Source: the human T2T-CHM13v2.0 reference genome, Homo sapiens
DNA length: 64,000 bases
Strand: one strand, 5' to 3'
NCBI RefSeq assembly: GCF_009914755.1
Contig: NC_060932.1
How positions within the stretch are numbered: position 1 is the stretch's first letter; every line of letters starts with the position of its first letter. A program made the position numbers and the translations under genes. The notes beneath the pieces were generated by a model that saw nothing but the letters and a program-made list of their open reading frames with translations, was not told where the DNA came from and made no database searches. Shown here one piece after another: positions 62,287-64,000 of the stretch.

Positions 62287-62727
62287 TTGAAGGTGCCAAG
62301 GATGGCTGGATCAGCAAGAATTAATGCGAGAATGATCACAATTTAACAAAGCTGGGGACTCCTAGGAAACCCGTAAGGGACAGTTAAAGATGTGGACAAA
62401 CTAGACTGTGATGACTCTTTTGCTTCTGATGTGCCAGATTTGATCTTAAATAGAGTGTCTGTGCAAGCCTGGACATTAAATTCTGGGTGCCTTACAGACC
62501 TCCGGATGATTATGCGATTTGCTGACACCTGCAAGATAGTCTCATACTTGAGGGTTGGTGATACCCGTGTGAGTATTTCACTGTGGCAAGAGGTACAAAC
62601 AAGGGAGCGAACTGCATGGACACCCATCTCCCTTCTCTTGCTAGGTAGATAATGGAGAATGCTGGCGAAATTAAGTCTGAAACTGCTGGATTTGCTCTCA
62701 AGAACATTTTCTAATTCTTTGGCTTCA

Positions 62728-63082
<355 letters not shown>

Positions 63083-63234
63083 AGTAACGGCATTTGAATT
63101 CTCTCTCTTAACCTAGCAGGACATAGGAAAGGAAGATTGCCTAGAAGAAAGCCTGAGTGTCCTCAGTGGGCACAATGTTTCACTAGGAAAACAGTGTGAC
63201 AGTGATTTTAAAAAAATGTAAAGGTCTTTCCTCC

Positions 63235-64000
63235 ATTCAGCAGTCATTCTGCTATTAATTGTTGAGTATCTATTGTACCATTCAGTGTTCTAGGCTGTGT
63301 AATTATAACTGTAGACGTGAAAAATATGGTTCCTGTCTCCCTGGCATTTACCCTCAAATAAGACACATGCCAGACAGACAGAAGACAGAAAATGAACAAA
63401 TGTATACACAAATAAACAGAATTCTTACTTAGAGTTATGACTGATGTTAAGAAAACAAAATGGACTGACTGGAAGGAAGATTTGTCAGATAATGTTGGTA
63501 AGGGAAGGCTTCTCATTGCAGGTGATAACTGAGCTGCTACATGAATGAAAAAAGAAGACAATCATTTGGAGCTGGGAAGAAGATTCTGGTCATAGGACAT
63601 GCAAGTGAAAAGGCCCTGCTTGAAATAGGAGACAAAAGGGAAGGCTAGAATGTGTGAGACATCCTGAGAGATGAGGGTGTGTTATAAAATGAGGTTGGGG
63701 GTTAGAAAGCAGGAACTAGGTATTGTAAGAATTTCCAGTTTGCCCCAAATACAGTGGAAGCCACTGGAGAGATTCAAGCAGAAGAATTTCATGATATAAA
63801 TTACAAATTTTTTTTTAAAAATTATAGTTTCAGTTTTAAAAGCCCACTGTCAAGTATCAATAATTATGCGTCCAGTTTGAGGTTTGAGAAATGATTATTT
63901 CTGAATCTAGGATGATGGAAGTGGATGGATTTGTGACATGTTTTGAGTCAGAAAAGAAAGGCTTTGCTGATAGATTCAATGTAAGGATTAAGGAAAAGGA
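63235..64000 (-). mobile_element. L2a, runs off the window end
   Basis: ttgagtatctattgtacca...agggaaggcttctc...gcaagtgaaaaggccctg...tggaagccactggag...tttgctgatagatt. Confidence 0.85.

Overview
AT-rich, CpG-poor primate genomic DNA, most likely human (an AluY is present), from an intron or intergenic region. No protein-coding exon, RNA gene or CpG island could be recognised. The listed ORFs are repeat-derived or chance-length. A large part of the window is interspersed repeats: 8 near full-length Alus plus a 3' stub, old L1/HAL1, many L2 and MIR, MaLR/ERV solo LTRs (THE1C, MSTA/B, MLT1, MER48, MER57, MER74) and DNA transposons (Tigger3b, MER1B, MER53, MER104, MER103C, MER94, MER5). Repeat subfamily names come from recalled consensus sequences, not from a search, and boundaries of old elements are approximate unless a target-site duplication (TSD) is given. 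The most notable observations are: (1) a nested palindrome carrying two inverted DUX4-consensus motifs about 580 bp upstream of a sense MSTA LTR that has a third one; (2) an ancient ~237-bp, ~80%-identical local duplication; (3) a twin-primed L1 with an unusually large internal gap; (4) three phase-compatible candidate + strand exons that would encode a 56-aa peptide. All functional readings are hypotheses; no novel system is demonstrated.
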